Source of the DNA: Carcharhinus amblyrhynchos
Lineage: Eukaryota
Reading direction: 5' to 3'
Assembly: GCA_965287045.1 (NCBI GenBank)
Contig: OZ336874.1
Span: 54,932,001 to 54,996,000, forward strand
DNA length: 64,000 nt
The position numbers and the translations under genes are program-made. Position 1 is the stretch's first letter. Each line of letters starts with the position of its first letter. Positions 24,846-38,576 of this stretch are shown here, piece after piece. The notes under the pieces are model-generated. The model had not been told where the DNA came from, searched no databases, and saw only the letters and a list, made by a program, of their open reading frames with translations.

Positions 24846-27800
24846 GACCAAACTTGAATTCAATACAAGCAGGGGATTTTTCTGTCTCAACTACTCACTG
24901 GATAAATACTGAGCCATGAAGCAAACTAAAATCTTCGAATATGCCAATTTTAAAAACAGAACCTTGCAGACCTGTATTAAGAAAGAGGCAAGTTAAATCA
25001 TAATTCAATATAAAATGAACCTCTCTGAACACATTCCCTGAGTTGCAAGGATGAGGTGACAGACAGTGTTTCATTTCACACAAAACCACCTCACGCCAGT
25101 TGCTTTAGCTGAGTTGTGCCAGAATTTTCTAAAATGAGGTGTAATTTGTGTCAAAAAAATAACTGCCATTTCCTTTACTACACCCATGGGGCAAAATTAT
25201 TTTCAACAGCTCTTGAAGACTAAAACCTCAATCCAAAATGTTAGTAAAAAATTGCACTTAACAGAAACAAGCAACCTGTAATACTTGGAGTCAAATCCAA
25301 GTTCTGTTCAAATATTGCCCTTTATCTCTGGAACTTGGATCTGATTCTAAAACAGAATGATGTGCTGAAAATTTACTCATTCTTGTATGCTAAAGTTCCA
25401 AGAGATTAACCTGGATGGTTATAACCAAGAGCAATGAAGGTGTGAACTCATGGCCCAAATGTGTTTACAATTTGGCTCTGACTGTTAAATGTGTTAAATA
25501 TGACATCCAGTTGGGAAACAATAGTGGAAGGATTGTAATGTCACACTGATAAAAGTGAGGTGCTCCTCCAAGTTATGTTCATTTGTGAGCAGAAAGCAAA
25601 CTTTACTGTGCATACAACCCCATTCTTGCTGCTTTGAGAGACCTTCAGTAATAACATCCCCCTTCATTAGTACAAAAATATAAAAAAAACAAGCTTGTGT
25701 TAACGTGGGAGTGGAGGTTTAGTAGGGGAGTGGAGGAGGGGATTGTAGAGAAATTGTTGACCTAATGCTTTTTTTCTCACTGCTTTGAGATGCAGCTGTT
25801 TCAGCTTAGGAGGTATGGAGGGTGACACATACTGTAGTCAATTGTTCCATATACACATGTTGTAGCACAGCTGGCACTGTTGGCAAACACTCCAACCAGC
25901 TGGCTTCATGGACTCACTGAGGACTGGAAATTTAGTTAACCTGTGGGAAACGCAGCAGACTTTCTCTCAAGTATTTCTTGTCCTTTGCTTCTGACTTGAA
26001 AAATAACAGAGGAACAGGAGCACAAGTGGGTTTAATTTCCCCTGGTAGTACCTCTATGTGTTATCTTAACACATTTATCTACTCAATAACTTTAAATGAA
26101 GCACATCACTTCTCAGTATGAGCAGGTGCCATTAAAAGTAAAATGATAGCAAGAGTCACTGGGGACAAAAATTTGATTACTTCTCTATTCTATTGCCTCT
26201 GGAGGTGTAGGGAAATTAATGTATGATTTTGTATGAATTATAATTGCTTCACTGTGTCTTAAGCCTCAAGCACTGAGATTCTCTGCATACCCCTCTCTGC
26301 CTCACTATTTCACTTTCTTCACAAAACTTCTTAAAATCCACCTCTTTGACCAAACTTTTACTTTTTTGAATTAATGGGTGAAATCTTCTACTCTTTAGAT
26401 TCATCGGAGACCAGATGTACTGTGTACACCAGGAGTCTGTGTAAAATGTTGAAGCATGGGCCTTGGTGGGAATTCACAACAATGTATAAACTACTAATGA
26501 GCGATTCCCCTTTTCCCCGGGAACCTGAACAAATTCCTTCCACTCTACGCTAGAATCAGAGACTTTGGATAGTTCTGCTGTAATTACCTGTTATTACTCA
26601 GGAAATGTTACATTGAGTAAAACCCACTCTAACACCTGGATAACCAATTCCCCCAGTCAATCGCATAATCTTCCCATCATCCCCCTAGCAACCTGACAAC
26701 CTCTCAATTCAACCAACTATGCGTGCGACCACCCAACTAATTCCCCCACCACTTGACTATCCCCTCCTAATCCCACTCAACTATCTTCCTGACCCGGCAC
26801 CATCTGCCACCTTACCCGTTCTACCCACTTCACTCAACCACTCCACTTCAACCGCCTAATGACTTACCACCCCTACTACCTCATCCGTTTATCCATTCAC
26901 CTCATTAACATCCAAATTGGAGATTTCAACTTACCATATGGCAACCAGTGCTGTAAAAAGGAGGTGAGCCCTGACTTCTCTCTGGCTGCACTGTGGGGCA
27001 TTTCAGAGGAAGTGGGTTTGGAAGGATAGGTAGAAATGTACAGCAGCTTTGAGCTGGTAAGTAGTTGATCGCAGCGGCAATTCTACTGCTACTGTGTGGA
27101 AGATCTGGACATTATCTCCATTGTAACTCGGTGTCACAATTTGCCATATAATGCTCCTGTGAAGTGCCTTTGGATGTTTAAAGGTGCCATATAAATGTAA
27201 GTTGTTGTTGTTAGTACCTCCAGAGATAGCAGTGCTACCTCAGTTTACCTTGCTGATAAACAGCAGCATATTCACCAGTGGCAAGGGGAGGTAATATTGC
27301 TACGCTTGGCATTGGGTTGAGATGTAAATAATACAATTTAAAAATATTTTTTTTTGAACTTTGAATAATTCAAACCCAGCTTCAAAGAGTTCTACACATA
27401 TTGGCTATCACGAACCAGGCTCAAAGCAGGATCACTCATTTATTCAGCCACATGTTGAATCCATTAACAATAAGAAGTAAAAGATCACTTTTACATACAG
27501 CTGTTGCATTTGACTTTATTATTATGGTTAATGATCTATTAATGACACAAGGATGGCTTTAAAAATCAAACAATCTTTCCACAGTCATCATCCTCACTTC
27601 CTAGCTTTATTGTTTGTTTTTGTGAGATGAAGGTGACACTGGTAAGCCAGTATTTATGGCCCATTCTCAGTTGCCCCGTGGCTATTAAGAATCAGCCATG
27701 TAACCCAGATGGGTACAAATGGAAGGAACCTTCCCTGAAGGACACCAGTAAACACGTCAGGTTTTTACAACAATCTGGCAGCTTTTATCATCTTTTTATC

Positions 27801-28068
27801 TGGTGCCAGTCCACAATTTACCAGATTACTGAATTCAATTTCACAACTGGTGGGAGTAGACTTACAACCTGTGGTTTCTTAGTCCAGTATTATAGTTAAC
27901 TTTGACGTCTGTTACTCCTCTATAATGCTTTACTATCAGCTAAAAGAACATTGAAATAATTAAGCCTGGAAGTGACAAAAACATGAGTGGGTATTTCAGC
28001 AACAGCTGGGTTTAGGCAGGAGCAGATATGGTGGGCACTGTTGCAGAGGTGGTTGTAGGTAGTCATTT

Positions 28069-30560
28069 GGGGCAGAATTTAAAATAGCTCGGGATGGTAA
28101 ATCATGCAGAAAGCTGCAATTGTAATTGGTAGTTAGCCCCAAGTGGGAAAACCTGCCACGATCAAGTCAGAGGTAGAAAAGAGTTGACGCGTTCAACTTG
28201 CCCACTAGTGGCAAAAAGGTAATGGGGTAAATTTAATGAGCGTGTTAAAGCAATTTTAAAAGTGAACCCACTCAATGCAAGTTCTGCAAATGTCCTGAGT
28301 GTGCTGGAAAATGCCCAAGTGGCTTTTAAGTGGTTTAGCTGACCTGCTGGAGGTTTGGTGTTAACCTGCATTATTGTTGCCTCCTTTGTTCTGACCACAA
28401 TCAGGTCAGTTTGGAGGTATTAACAATGGGAATCACACACTCAGTAATGTTGAATCCACTGGCAGTGCAAGGAATGGACAATGAGACTGAAGACAATGCT
28501 ACAGAGGCACCTGAACATGTCCCCCAGCAGCAGCTTCAGGAGACAGCAAGGGAAGGGCAGACACAGGTGGCCAGTGCAGCCTAGAATCTCACCCACTTGT
28601 ATGACCTACCCACAAATGGCAGCGAGGCAGTGCCAGAGGGGGACCTGCCTCTTTCAGGAGACAGTGAGTGTTCTAATGCAGGATGACTTGTGCCCAAAGG
28701 ATGGTAACCCAATGCCAGTAGTGCTTAAAGAGATGGCCACACTGAACATCTGCATCACAGATTCATGATGTGGAGATGCCGGTGTTGGACTGGGGTAAAC
28801 ACAGTAAGAAGTCTGACAACACCAGGTTTAAGTCCAACTGATTTATCAGACTATCAAATAAATCGGTTGGACTTAAACCTGGTGTTGTCAGACTTCTTAC
28901 TGTGTTCACAGATTCATTCCAGGGTTTGATAGGAAAGCTGTTGGGATCTCTTTGGCTACCACTCACTGTTGGATAAAGGAGGTGACCAACGCTTTTGCCA
29001 GGAGGGCTGGTGACCTCAGTAAATACTAGGTGGATGAAGACAGCCAGACTGAGTGGTCAGTGGGCTTCCTGGCCATGGCTGGTTTTCCACAAGTGCATGG
29101 TGTGTTTAACTGCAAACATATCATCATTATGAGGGAGAGGCAGCACAATCCTATTCAGCACCGTCTGACCCACCAGTGCATTCGTCGACAGGAAGGGGTA
29201 TATTCAAACATATAGCTTGGTTGGGAGAACTGGAAAGGTATTCCACAGGTGGGAGCAGGTATCCAAACAGCAGCCATGACACCTACATGCTTTGACACTC
29301 ACAGGTACCGCAGCTGTTCACTTTGTAATGGCAACTGAATGGATGGATCCTAGAGAAGTGGGGCTACCCTCGCCATTCCTGGCCCATTATGCGGATATGA
29401 TGCCCTTGTCCTGATTCCAAGGAAAGCTATAACATTGTTACAACCTCAGAGGGCTCTCATTGAGCAGACTATTGTTTTGTTTAAAGTGCATTTCTATTGC
29501 CTGGGCAGGTCAGTGGGAGCACTTCAATGATCTAGTGAAGGTCTCACATATTGTTATGGTTTATTGCATCCAACACAATCCGGCCATGGAAAGGGCGGAG
29601 CATTTAAACCTCGATGAGGGAGAAGCAGCACAAATCTAATCAGGTGAAGACAATGGGATCAGGAGCTAATTCAGGAAGAAGAACGGGTGGGAGCACCTAC
29701 AAGCTGCATATGCCTAGGTAGTGGAGGTGGACACTAGAGAGACAAGAGAAAACCTCACCCTGATGATTCCAGTAGCCTGGTTTGCACTGAGGGCCAGCTG
29801 ATCAAAAGTCATTCTCTGTGATCATTGAAGTTAAATGTCATTCAGCTGCAAACCTCACGTACGCCTTATGCATCTGGTGACCTGATGCTCACAACCATTG
29901 AAGCAGCAAAACACCATGCACAATGCTGATGAGTCCTCTCAGGTGGGGGCCCTGCTACCTTCCTGCTTCAAACCCAATTCAGTTTATGGTGGAAGAACCC
30001 ATGGGGACCTTCACACCTCACCAACAGCTGAGGCCCACTTAAGAGTCTCATCCTGCTGCTGCTGCTGCTGGTCATCACTCAGCAGTGGGCAGAAAACCCA
30101 CCAAGCAGGGGATACAATAAACAAACGCATTTGGGGTTGCTTGTGGTCTCCCAATGATAATGGTGGCTTTCTTGTCCAAAGGCACTCGGTACATGATCAG
30201 GAGACCAGGCATGAAGAAAGGGCAGGAGCTACTAAAAGCATGTACTTTTGCTGCTAACCCTTCACTCCCCCCTGCCCTGTGATCCCCACAAACCCCTTCT
30301 CTTGCCATCATTTACCTGGGTTGGGTCCCTCCCTCATCCAAGGCCTAGGGTGGGTATCATACTGACAGCAGCTATCACCTCCCTGGAGGGGTAGCACTGC
30401 TGAGTACAGAAGATCTGCCAGCATCCGATTGAACAGCAGCTCTTGACAGATGGATCTTCCACCCCTGGGGTCCTTGATACAAGAGAAGGCACACCACTGA
30501 CCTGTGCTGTGCTGGATCCCATTAACCTACTGAATGAATCTCCGCTGCTCTACCTTCAAG
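28069..30560 (+). mobile_element. PIF/Harbinger transposon remnant (HARBI1-like DDE transposase ~28980-29590)
   Basis: GFLAMAGFPQVHGVFNCKHI, AFVDRKG, YPNSSHD, WGYP and RALIEQTIVLFKVHFYCLGRSVGALQ correspond to Harbinger DDE motifs. Outer limits are approximate. Confidence 0.75.
28767..28905. mobile_element. Short palindromic Penelope pLTR insertion with 12-bp TSD
   Basis: ~48-bp inverted arms (aacacagtaagaagtctgacaacaccaggtttaagtccaac). TSD tcacagattcat at 28755-28766 and 28906-28917. Confidence 0.85.
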
Positions 30561-31616
30561 TCGAGTTCATCCCTTCTTAGATGTGAGATCCGGAACTCTG
30601 CAAAATGTTCCAGGTACAGTCTTACCGAAGTCTGACACAGGCTGAAGGAAGACTTTTTTGATCTCCCGTACCCTTACAATGAAGACAGGCATGCTGTTTG
30701 TCAACTTAAAAGCTGGCTGTGCCCACATGCAGACTTTCTGTGTTCCTTGTACAAGTACACCCAAGTCTCTTTCAACATCTGGGTGAGATGCTCCCTTGGA
30801 AAGTCGGTGCAGACTCGATGGGCTGGATGCCCTCTTTCTACAGTGCAGGGATCTTATAGTTCTATGGATTTTATGGTTCTCACTATAACCTGTTTTTTGC
30901 ACTCAGGGGCTCCAGCTGAGAGCTGTCAACACTAACTGAGGCAGGGCAAGTGAATTTGAATGATAGAGAGCCCTGGAAGGCAACCCTGCAATCTGAACTC
31001 TGACCATCTTTTGGTTGGAACACAAGCTCTCAACCACCTGAACTGCTAGCCCATCTTTAAAATCCTATCTGTATATTAAAATAAAAATATCAGTGGAGCA
31101 AAACAGCAAATGTAAACTAGATAGAAAAATCAAAATTTGAGAACAAAGTTGAAGAAGAATTTCAAGGAGTTTGTGGTGCGTTTAGTCTTTTGGATGCAGG
31201 ATGTTGTGCTCTGCAGTCACAAAGGATAGGGAATATTTCTGAATCTATCTGTGTCCAGTTATGTCAGATATCCAGTATGAACACAATCATGATAAACATC
31301 TGGGGTCCAGATTCTGCCTGTCATCCACAGTCAGTTCCAGCTGTTAAATCGGGATTTGCAACGTCTTGGTTTCCAGAGGAAATATTTTTGATGTTAACAA
31401 AATAAGTCCGCAGGCTTTATTTTCCTTTGTTTAAAATTAGAAACAATTGAGTCACTTTGCTTTGTTTAGCTAGATCCATTGGTGTGTGTAGAATGGAGGC
31501 AGCATGAGGATGAAATTGGCAGCACAAAGCACGTTCAGAATAAATTTGATGGAAAAGGAAATCTCAGTGTGATGTAAGACAGTCTGTTCATGTGTTATGA
31601 TCCTGTTTATGATACG

Positions 31617-31903
31617 ATGGCACAGTGATTAGCACTGCTGCCTCACAGCACCAGCAACCTCGGTTCGATTCCTGGCTTGAGTCTGTGTGGAGACTGCACA
31701 TTCTCCTCCGTCTGTGTGGGTTTCCTCCAGATGCTCCGGTTTCCTCCACAGTGCGAAAGACATGCTGGTTAGGTGCACTGGCATTGCTAAATTCTCCCTC
31801 AGTGTGCTCGAACAGGCGCCGGATAGGGGCCACTTGGACATTTTCACAGTAACTTCATTGCAGGGTTAATGTAAGCCTACTTGTGACACTAATAAATAAA
31901 CTT
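31617..31903 (+). mobile_element. V-SINE, subfamily with alternative tail
   Basis: Same head and V-domain as HE1, but the tail is gtaagcctacttgtgacactaataaataaac. Confidence 0.85.
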
Positions 31904-33181
31904 TAAAAATTCCATTCACCATGTGGCCAGGTATGAATACGTATCCAGATTCTTTGGGTTAGAAATTTATTTATGTCTGCTTTTGGCCTCTGAAGTGACG
32001 ATGGAATTGTAATGCTCGTTCAAACTAGGTAGCTCATGTCCAGCCTGTCAGGCTTCAACTAATTGCTGCTTGCCTTGTCAGCAGCAGCTCCAAGGTAAGG
32101 AGTTGATGGGGGGAGGGGGCTACAGCAGAAATGAAGGGACGGGTGATCATGAGCACTTTGGAATCAGGAGAACCATTCTAACTTCTCCTGGCTCCACAGC
32201 TAGGAATTTTATAACATTACATAAGCAGTTGCTTCTTAAGAATCTTGAGCTATTTGGAATTCAGTTTGGAAGAAGGGTTGCAAAATAGGCATTAGGTCTC
32301 ACTTACACATGCAAGAGCTTGGTCCTCTTTTCAAGCAGTAGCCTGAGAAATAACCTGACTCAGTTTGCTAACTCCGACTGGGACATTCCTGGAGGATTGA
32401 TCACGTGACATTTGACCATATCATGCCTGATCACATGACATCAGATCAGATTTGTATCTATAAATGTTACTGCATTTACCTTAGAATGGTTGCAACCTCT
32501 GTAGTTCAGTATTTTTGTTGGTGATTTTGTAACAAGCTTCAGGAACCACTTTAATTCACTTATGAGCAGGCAAAGGTGAGAGCCGATAAACAGTGAACCG
32601 CAGACTAGGAAGAGGGGAAATAGAAGAATACCCTCATTTCGGAGACTACTTCCTATCTAAGAGTCCTGAGTTACCCAAGGGGCATATCAGTATATCACAG
32701 GGAGAACCACCAGGTCACATCAAGAGGTTGCCCTGTGGTGTCTGATTTGCATTTTGGACAATTTCAAGCAGTGTTTGCAGAAAACAGAATGTCTGGCCTG
32801 AAGTTTGACAGTTGCTGACCTGACCTTATAAGGAGCCTGATGTCTAAGTTTCAGTGGTTTGGTTCACACACAGCAGCCTGTTTCTGCGTGTGCTTCTGTT
32901 ATATCTCTAGAATAATAATGCTGCTTTAGTGGAAGTCAGCTGTGAATGTCCCATAAACACAACAGTGGGTTGACCCAATTTGGTCACACTGAGACACCAA
33001 TAATTGCTAACTCTGAGCCCTTGTGATTCCTGACTCTCCAACCCTTCCCCACTGAAGTATAATTGGTGCAGGATATCTCTGGCTGATGTCACTAGTGCGG
33101 AGAATTGCAAAGGAAAATTTAAACATCTGATCTTATGGCTGTCGTGATGATAGCTGGTTGTGTGTGTTGACTTGAGTATTA

Positions 33182-33390
33182 GAACATAGAACATAGAACA
33201 TTACAGCGCAGAACAGGCCCTTCGGCCCACGATGTTGCGCCGACCAGTTAAAAAAAAACAACAATGACCCACTAACCTAAACCAATCCCTTTTCGGCCAT
33301 AAACCTGTCCACAGACCTCTTAAACGCCCCCAAACTAGGCGCATTTACAACTGCAGCAGGCAGGGCATTCCAATCCCTCACCACCCTACT
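33182..33390 (-). mobile_element. CR1 3' end inserted in the Gypsy 5' LTR
   Basis: RVVRDWNALPAAVVNAPSLGAFKRSVDRFM with an (agaacat)n tail. Confidence 0.85.
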
Positions 33391-36300
33391 AGATACTATA
33401 CGATGCTTGGATAAGATACTGTAAGGTTCACTCTGCACTACAAATGGGGTCACCTGCCCTGAGGTCAAAAAGTCAGACAGCACATGTTCAGAAATGAGCC
33501 AGAGTAGCAGATTCAGTGATGTGACACCTACAGTTAAATCTGTTGCTTTGAGTGTTGTTCTTCAAGCCTGAGATGTGACATGAGTGAGGAAGGTAATGAT
33601 GGGAGATGTTACAAACGAATGGTCTAGTTGGACCAATGCATGGCACTGGCTTGGAGGGCCAGAGGGCCTGTTTCCTGTGCTGTACTGTTCTTTCCTCTTT
33701 GTTCTTTGTTCTTGTTTAGGATTCTGTCAAGACATTTGCTGGAGCTGATTTGTCTGCACTCTGGGGAACTGAGCCATTTGATCTGATGGGTGATGCCAGG
33801 ACCATCTGTGAGAATGGAAAGCATGACAGGAACGGTTTGAGGTGTATGCAGCCAGTCATGATCTGTCTTTGGACAGGGTGACACTGGCACAGGAAGCACA
33901 GCGACAGGCCTTGTTGTTGTTCAGTGCTTCAGTGAGGGAGACTTTCAAGAGATTTCCTGACCCAGGAGAAAAGATGGATTTTGAGTGAAAGTTTGAAGGA
34001 TTGTAATGTGGCCACACCAAATGCCACATTCTAAAGGTATATTTTCCATCAAATGAGACAGAAAGAGGGAGAAACAGTCACCCAATTTGTGACCTGGTTG
34101 AGGCAGGCATCAGATGGAAGCAATTATGATGCGACTGATCTGAATAACCAGATAATGGATCAGGTGGTCCAACATTGCGATTCGGATAGGTTGAGGTGTG
34201 AGCTGCTGGGAAAAGAGGTGATTTAATGTTGGATGACACTTTGAAAATAGCAGCAGCATTTGAAACAGTGAATAGACAATTTCACAGCACGAAACTTGGT
34301 TCCACATCTGCCACTGATACAACATACGCTGAGGTTAACGGAGTGGCATAACGGACCCCAGGTGTGTGTAAATGTTAACAGCAAATGTCTGAGAGACTGT
34401 TTCAGATGAAGCAACTTGGGGAACTATAAAAGAGATGCCCTGCCAAAAGAAGGATATGCAGACAATGTGGCAAAGGCCATTTTGCCAAGAAGTGCAGAAA
34501 CAAAGTTGAACAGAGTAGGAAGCCTGGCAAAACACATCAAGGAAAAAGAGATGAAAATAGTACAATTGTGAGATGAGTTGCAGAAGGTGCCAAAAGTGAG
34601 GACATACATAGTAATCATGGGAACAAATCTTTTGTCAATGGGACCAACTAGGAGAAAATTCCATTAGTTGTTGGTGATATTGAAGTGAGCATCATTGTAG
34701 ATTCAGGCAGTGACAGTAATAACATCGACAGAACACTCCGGGAGGAACTGAATACAAAGAGAATCAAGTTCATATCTCAAAAATGTGTCAAAAAACTCTA
34801 TTCTTACACCTCCAAAACCCACTTCAAACTATTGGATGTTTTATTGTGGATATGAGAATGTGAATGAAAATGCAGAGACAGAATTTGCAGAGACTAAAGA
34901 GGATGGTGAGCCTCTTCTGGGTAGAGAAACTTCCCCAGTGTTGGAGCTGCTACACATCAGATTGAAAATGAATTGTGTGAAATGCTGTGTGAGGCTTAGT
35001 GAAGAGTTTAGACCAGTGCTTCAAGGAATTGAGAAGTTTCACAACTGTCAAGTGAGATTAATCATGGATGAGAATGTGGTGCCTGTAGTTCAGGCGGTAA
35101 CAGACACCTTTTGGTCTGAGAGGGAAATTGAGACAAAGGTAAAGGAACTGATTGAGCAGGATATCATTGAGCCAGTTCCAGGACCAACATTGTTGGTGAG
35201 GCCAGTTTTGGTCATGTCAGAACCAATTGATGACATCAGACTCCATGTTGATATGTGACAGGGAGAATGAAATGGTAATGAGACAATGTCATCCAATCCT
35301 AACTGTAGACAAAATCTTTTAAGAGTTACTAACAAGCAAGTATTTTCCAAATTAGACTTAAAATGGGGAGACCATAGATGGAGTGCAACAAATATTCACT
35401 GGGCTGATTTCTAGAATGGCAGGATTGTCACATGAGGAGAGATTGGGAAACAGCAGGAGCGTGTCTGCATTGACTGAAATATTTCAAAGCACAGACTACC
35501 AGTCACTCTGTATTCAGATAATCGGCCACAGTTCACTTCACAGACCTTTACAGGCAAGTCACAGGAATTCACCAATACACAGTGATCTGTAAATGACCTT
35601 GAGTAAATAGGGAAGTGACGACAAAGCCAACCCTTAATGAAACAGGTGAAGATTACTCAGGCTAAGGGCAAAGATTGGAAGGCAGCATTGTTATCTGATG
35701 TGACCATGTACGGGGCAGCTCCACTCACCATGACAGGAAAGAGAGCAGCTGAGCTGCTACTTAGACGCAAAATACTCACCGTGATGACAGTGCTGGGAGA
35801 TATCAGTGTTAATCAGGAGGTTCGAGGTCATGACGATGAGAAAAAGGACCGTTTTACACAGATCGCAAAAGGGGAGCCAGACAATTTGATCAGATGCCAG
35901 GTGATGAAGTACTGTTGGGACAGAAGAGTCCAAGTAAGATGGACAGGCTATTTCACTCCCAAGTTGTACATTGTCACCCCAATAAGGGAATGAGTGTGAC
36001 TGTGCAATCCCCAGAGGGTATATTGTATGACAGAAATTCTTGTCAAAAAGTTTCATGGTGGTAAAGGTACAGCAGTAGATGAAGCAGATGTAGGGAGTAA
36101 ATTGACATCTATAAATCCAGAACTCCAAGCCAGTGAGGCTGATGACAGGCAGACAGCTTGCTATCCAGTGGGAAAAATATCAGTTCCAGAGGGGACAATG
36201 ATATTTTGTAATCCTGACGTGATGACAAGAGTTCCCAAGACTGCAGGCAAATCATAGTGTGAGAGAAGACCCCAAAGCAATAAGAAGATTTTGTGTGGAT

Positions 36301-36429
36301 TAGTAACAGAACATGAAATTGGAAATAGCAGTTCCAGAAAATGAAATACTGAACAAAAGATGGAAACTATATTGGACTGTGACACATTGAAATTATCTGC
36401 ATTTATAATCAAAGATGTTGATTTACTTA

Positions 36430-36852
36430 GTGTGTTAAGAAAATAATGATTTATTTAAGTTTGTTTGCAAAATTTACTACAATATGTTTAGCAATAGATG
36501 GAGCCAGTTCAGTCAGATTTTTCCTCCTTCTTATTTTGAAAGCAGCGGGGAATAAACAAACAAGAGAATTTTCTTGGTAGACATCAGTAGAAAAGTGAAG
36601 TAATCTTTCATGAAACATTCCTACTGTTTCCAAGAACCGGTTCTTAGAATCTGTCTGTGGAATCGAAAGAAGCTTCAACAGTGACTTCTCCCCGAGATTG
36701 CTTGGGCTGGCCCTGTTTATTGAGGCCAGAATGCATGATGGGAATATAGATGTCATCCATGTTGGGCATCACAAAAACTTTCTGGAACTTGTGCTGCAAT
36801 TTCTTCTCAATCCACTCAGTCACATGCATGACGGTGACTTCCGCTCACCCAG
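36430..36852 (-). pseudogene. TEX2: 5'-truncated processed copy of a TEX2-like mRNA (C-terminal coding part 36644-36852 + 3' UTR)
   Basis: LGER/EVTVMHVTEWIEKKLQHKFQKVFVMPNMDDIYIPIMHSGL matches the TEX2 C-terminus (LGEREVTLVHVTDWIEKKLEQEFQKVFVMPNMDDVYITIMHSAM). One frameshift; minus-strand AATAAA near 36450. May derive from a paralogue. Confidence 0.85.
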
Positions 36853-36855
36853 ATA

Positions 36856-37140
36856 CATTTTTCCACCTTCTCCGTTGGGAAAAATGTACAAAAGTCTGTG
36901 GTTATGTGCCAATCGACTCAAGGACAGCTTCTTCTCTGCTGCCACCAGACTTTTGAATGGACCTTACTCGTATTAAGTTGATCTTTCTCTACACCCTAGC
37001 AAAGACTGTAACACTGCATTCTGCATCCTCTCCTTCTCTAGGTACAGTATATTTTGTCTGTATAGTGTGCAAGAAACAATATTTTTCACTGTATACTAAT
37101 ACATGTGACAATAATAAATCAAATCAAATAAAATCAAGTC
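36856..37140 (+). mobile_element. Rex1/Babar-like LINE 3' end
   Basis: YKSL...NRLKDSFFSAATRLLNG, followed by the 3' UTR and a gacaataata(aatca)n tail. Confidence 0.82.
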
Positions 37141-38399
37141 AAAACAAAGTCATGTTCATGTTTTGGGTCTGATAAGGTAGGGATGTGATGATGATAGGTG
37201 ATTTTAAGTGGACTAGAGTATTAGATATTATAAAGTACTCAGATAGTATACTGTAAGGTACACTCTGTGCTACATATGGGACATCTGCCCTGAGGGTGAA
37301 AGGTCAGATTGCACATGTTCAGAAATAAGCCAGTATGGCAGATTAAATGATCTGCAGTTGAATCTGTGACTTTAATGTTGTCTTTTCAGCCTGAGATGTG
37401 ACACTGGGCTGCTGCACCCAGGACCCAGGGAAAGAATCCCGATTCCAGGAAAATTGCAGCCATTCCAGGAGCTGAGAATCAGGCCAGTATTCTAGCCATC
37501 TTTGGGGTGCATGGTGTTAGATTGCAAATATGAACATTACAGCTCGTGTTTTCACTTTTTCGTCATGTGCAACAAGGTCCAATTTCTACTCCTTATTTTA
37601 GTTTTGTGTGCAGTTCACAATTCTAATTACAGAATAATTTTAATGGAAATGCTCTCAAAATAGTCGGATGCAGGATATGCTTCTGTTCTTCACATAATTC
37701 CACCACTCTGCAATGTTGGGCTTTAATAAACAGTGTTACATCATTACATTCTAATCTGGACCCCTTAACATAAATCAGAGTCAATTTACTTTTGTGTTTC
37801 ATTTAAATGCTCTACCTGACTGAATCCAATAAACCATCAAATGTTCAAAATGCAAAAAGCATTATTTTCTTACACATTCCAGCAAGAGTTAATATTACCA
37901 CATTTTATCTTGGAATGAAGTTTGATGAGGAAGATTTCACATGTGTGATTAGAATTTCATTGTAAATGACACAAGGATAGATTTCAATAGAATTTTGGAC
38001 ATGCTTGTAAACAAACGTAGAAACTTTGTGAAACATATTAAGCTGCATTTATACTTCTTTTGTTTTCATGCGGTTGAATCTGCACTATAATTTGCATTGG
38101 TTTAACATTTGATCTGAAATATAATGGGACAAACATTTATTAAGGCCTGTTTTTAGCACAAGGTCACATCTGCCAGGCTTTGTTCTCTTTCAGACAGGCA
38201 GCATGCAAACTTTGTGCTATTTCCTCATTTCCATGGTTCCTGCATGCAATACAGGGAGACCCACGCTGTTGGCTGGCTGCACGCACAACAGGAAACCTAA
38301 CCACATTCCAACTCGTCTTCAGCTCTTAAAGGCATTCTCTTTTAAAGGAAGCTGCACAGAACCAAAGGAGGCTATTGCTAACAGTCACAATTGCAATTG

Positions 38400-38482
38400 G
38401 AAAGAATGGGAATGGAGCACCAGACAAGGAAAGGACTCCACAGTTCACAGATGTGGTGCTGAAGGTATTAGTCACAGAAGTG
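38400..38482 (+). mobile_element. Harbinger Myb/SANT-like protein N-terminal remnant
   Basis: KERTPQFTDVVLKVLVTEV resembles the R.P.F+..E...L+.EV start of Harbinger-associated Myb-like domains. Confidence 0.45.
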
Positions 38483-38576
38483 AACTTGGCACATTTCTTG
38501 TTTTACACACCACCAGAATTACAGATTGTCCAACTCACAGACTGGTGTTTTAGATGTTGCTTGATTTACATGCTGC

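Larger units (their letters stand above)
33140..37403 (+). mobile_element. Ty3/Gypsy LTR retrotransposon, degraded, with nested insertions
   Basis: LTRs 33140-33580 (split by CR1) and 37184-37403, both ending cagcctgagatgtgaca-like. Gag YIFHQMRQKEGETVTQFV and a CRQCGK.HFAKKC knuckle; protease IVDSGSD (~34695); RT VKELIEQDIIEPV...IRLHVDM; integrase C-terminus at 35637-35993; PPT ~37171-37183. Confidence 0.88.

Noticed and set aside
36644-36852. Last exon of a resident TEX2 gene
   Set aside because: No splice acceptor, a frameshift at LGER/EV, no other TEX2 exons recognised upstream, and embedded in a Gypsy element.
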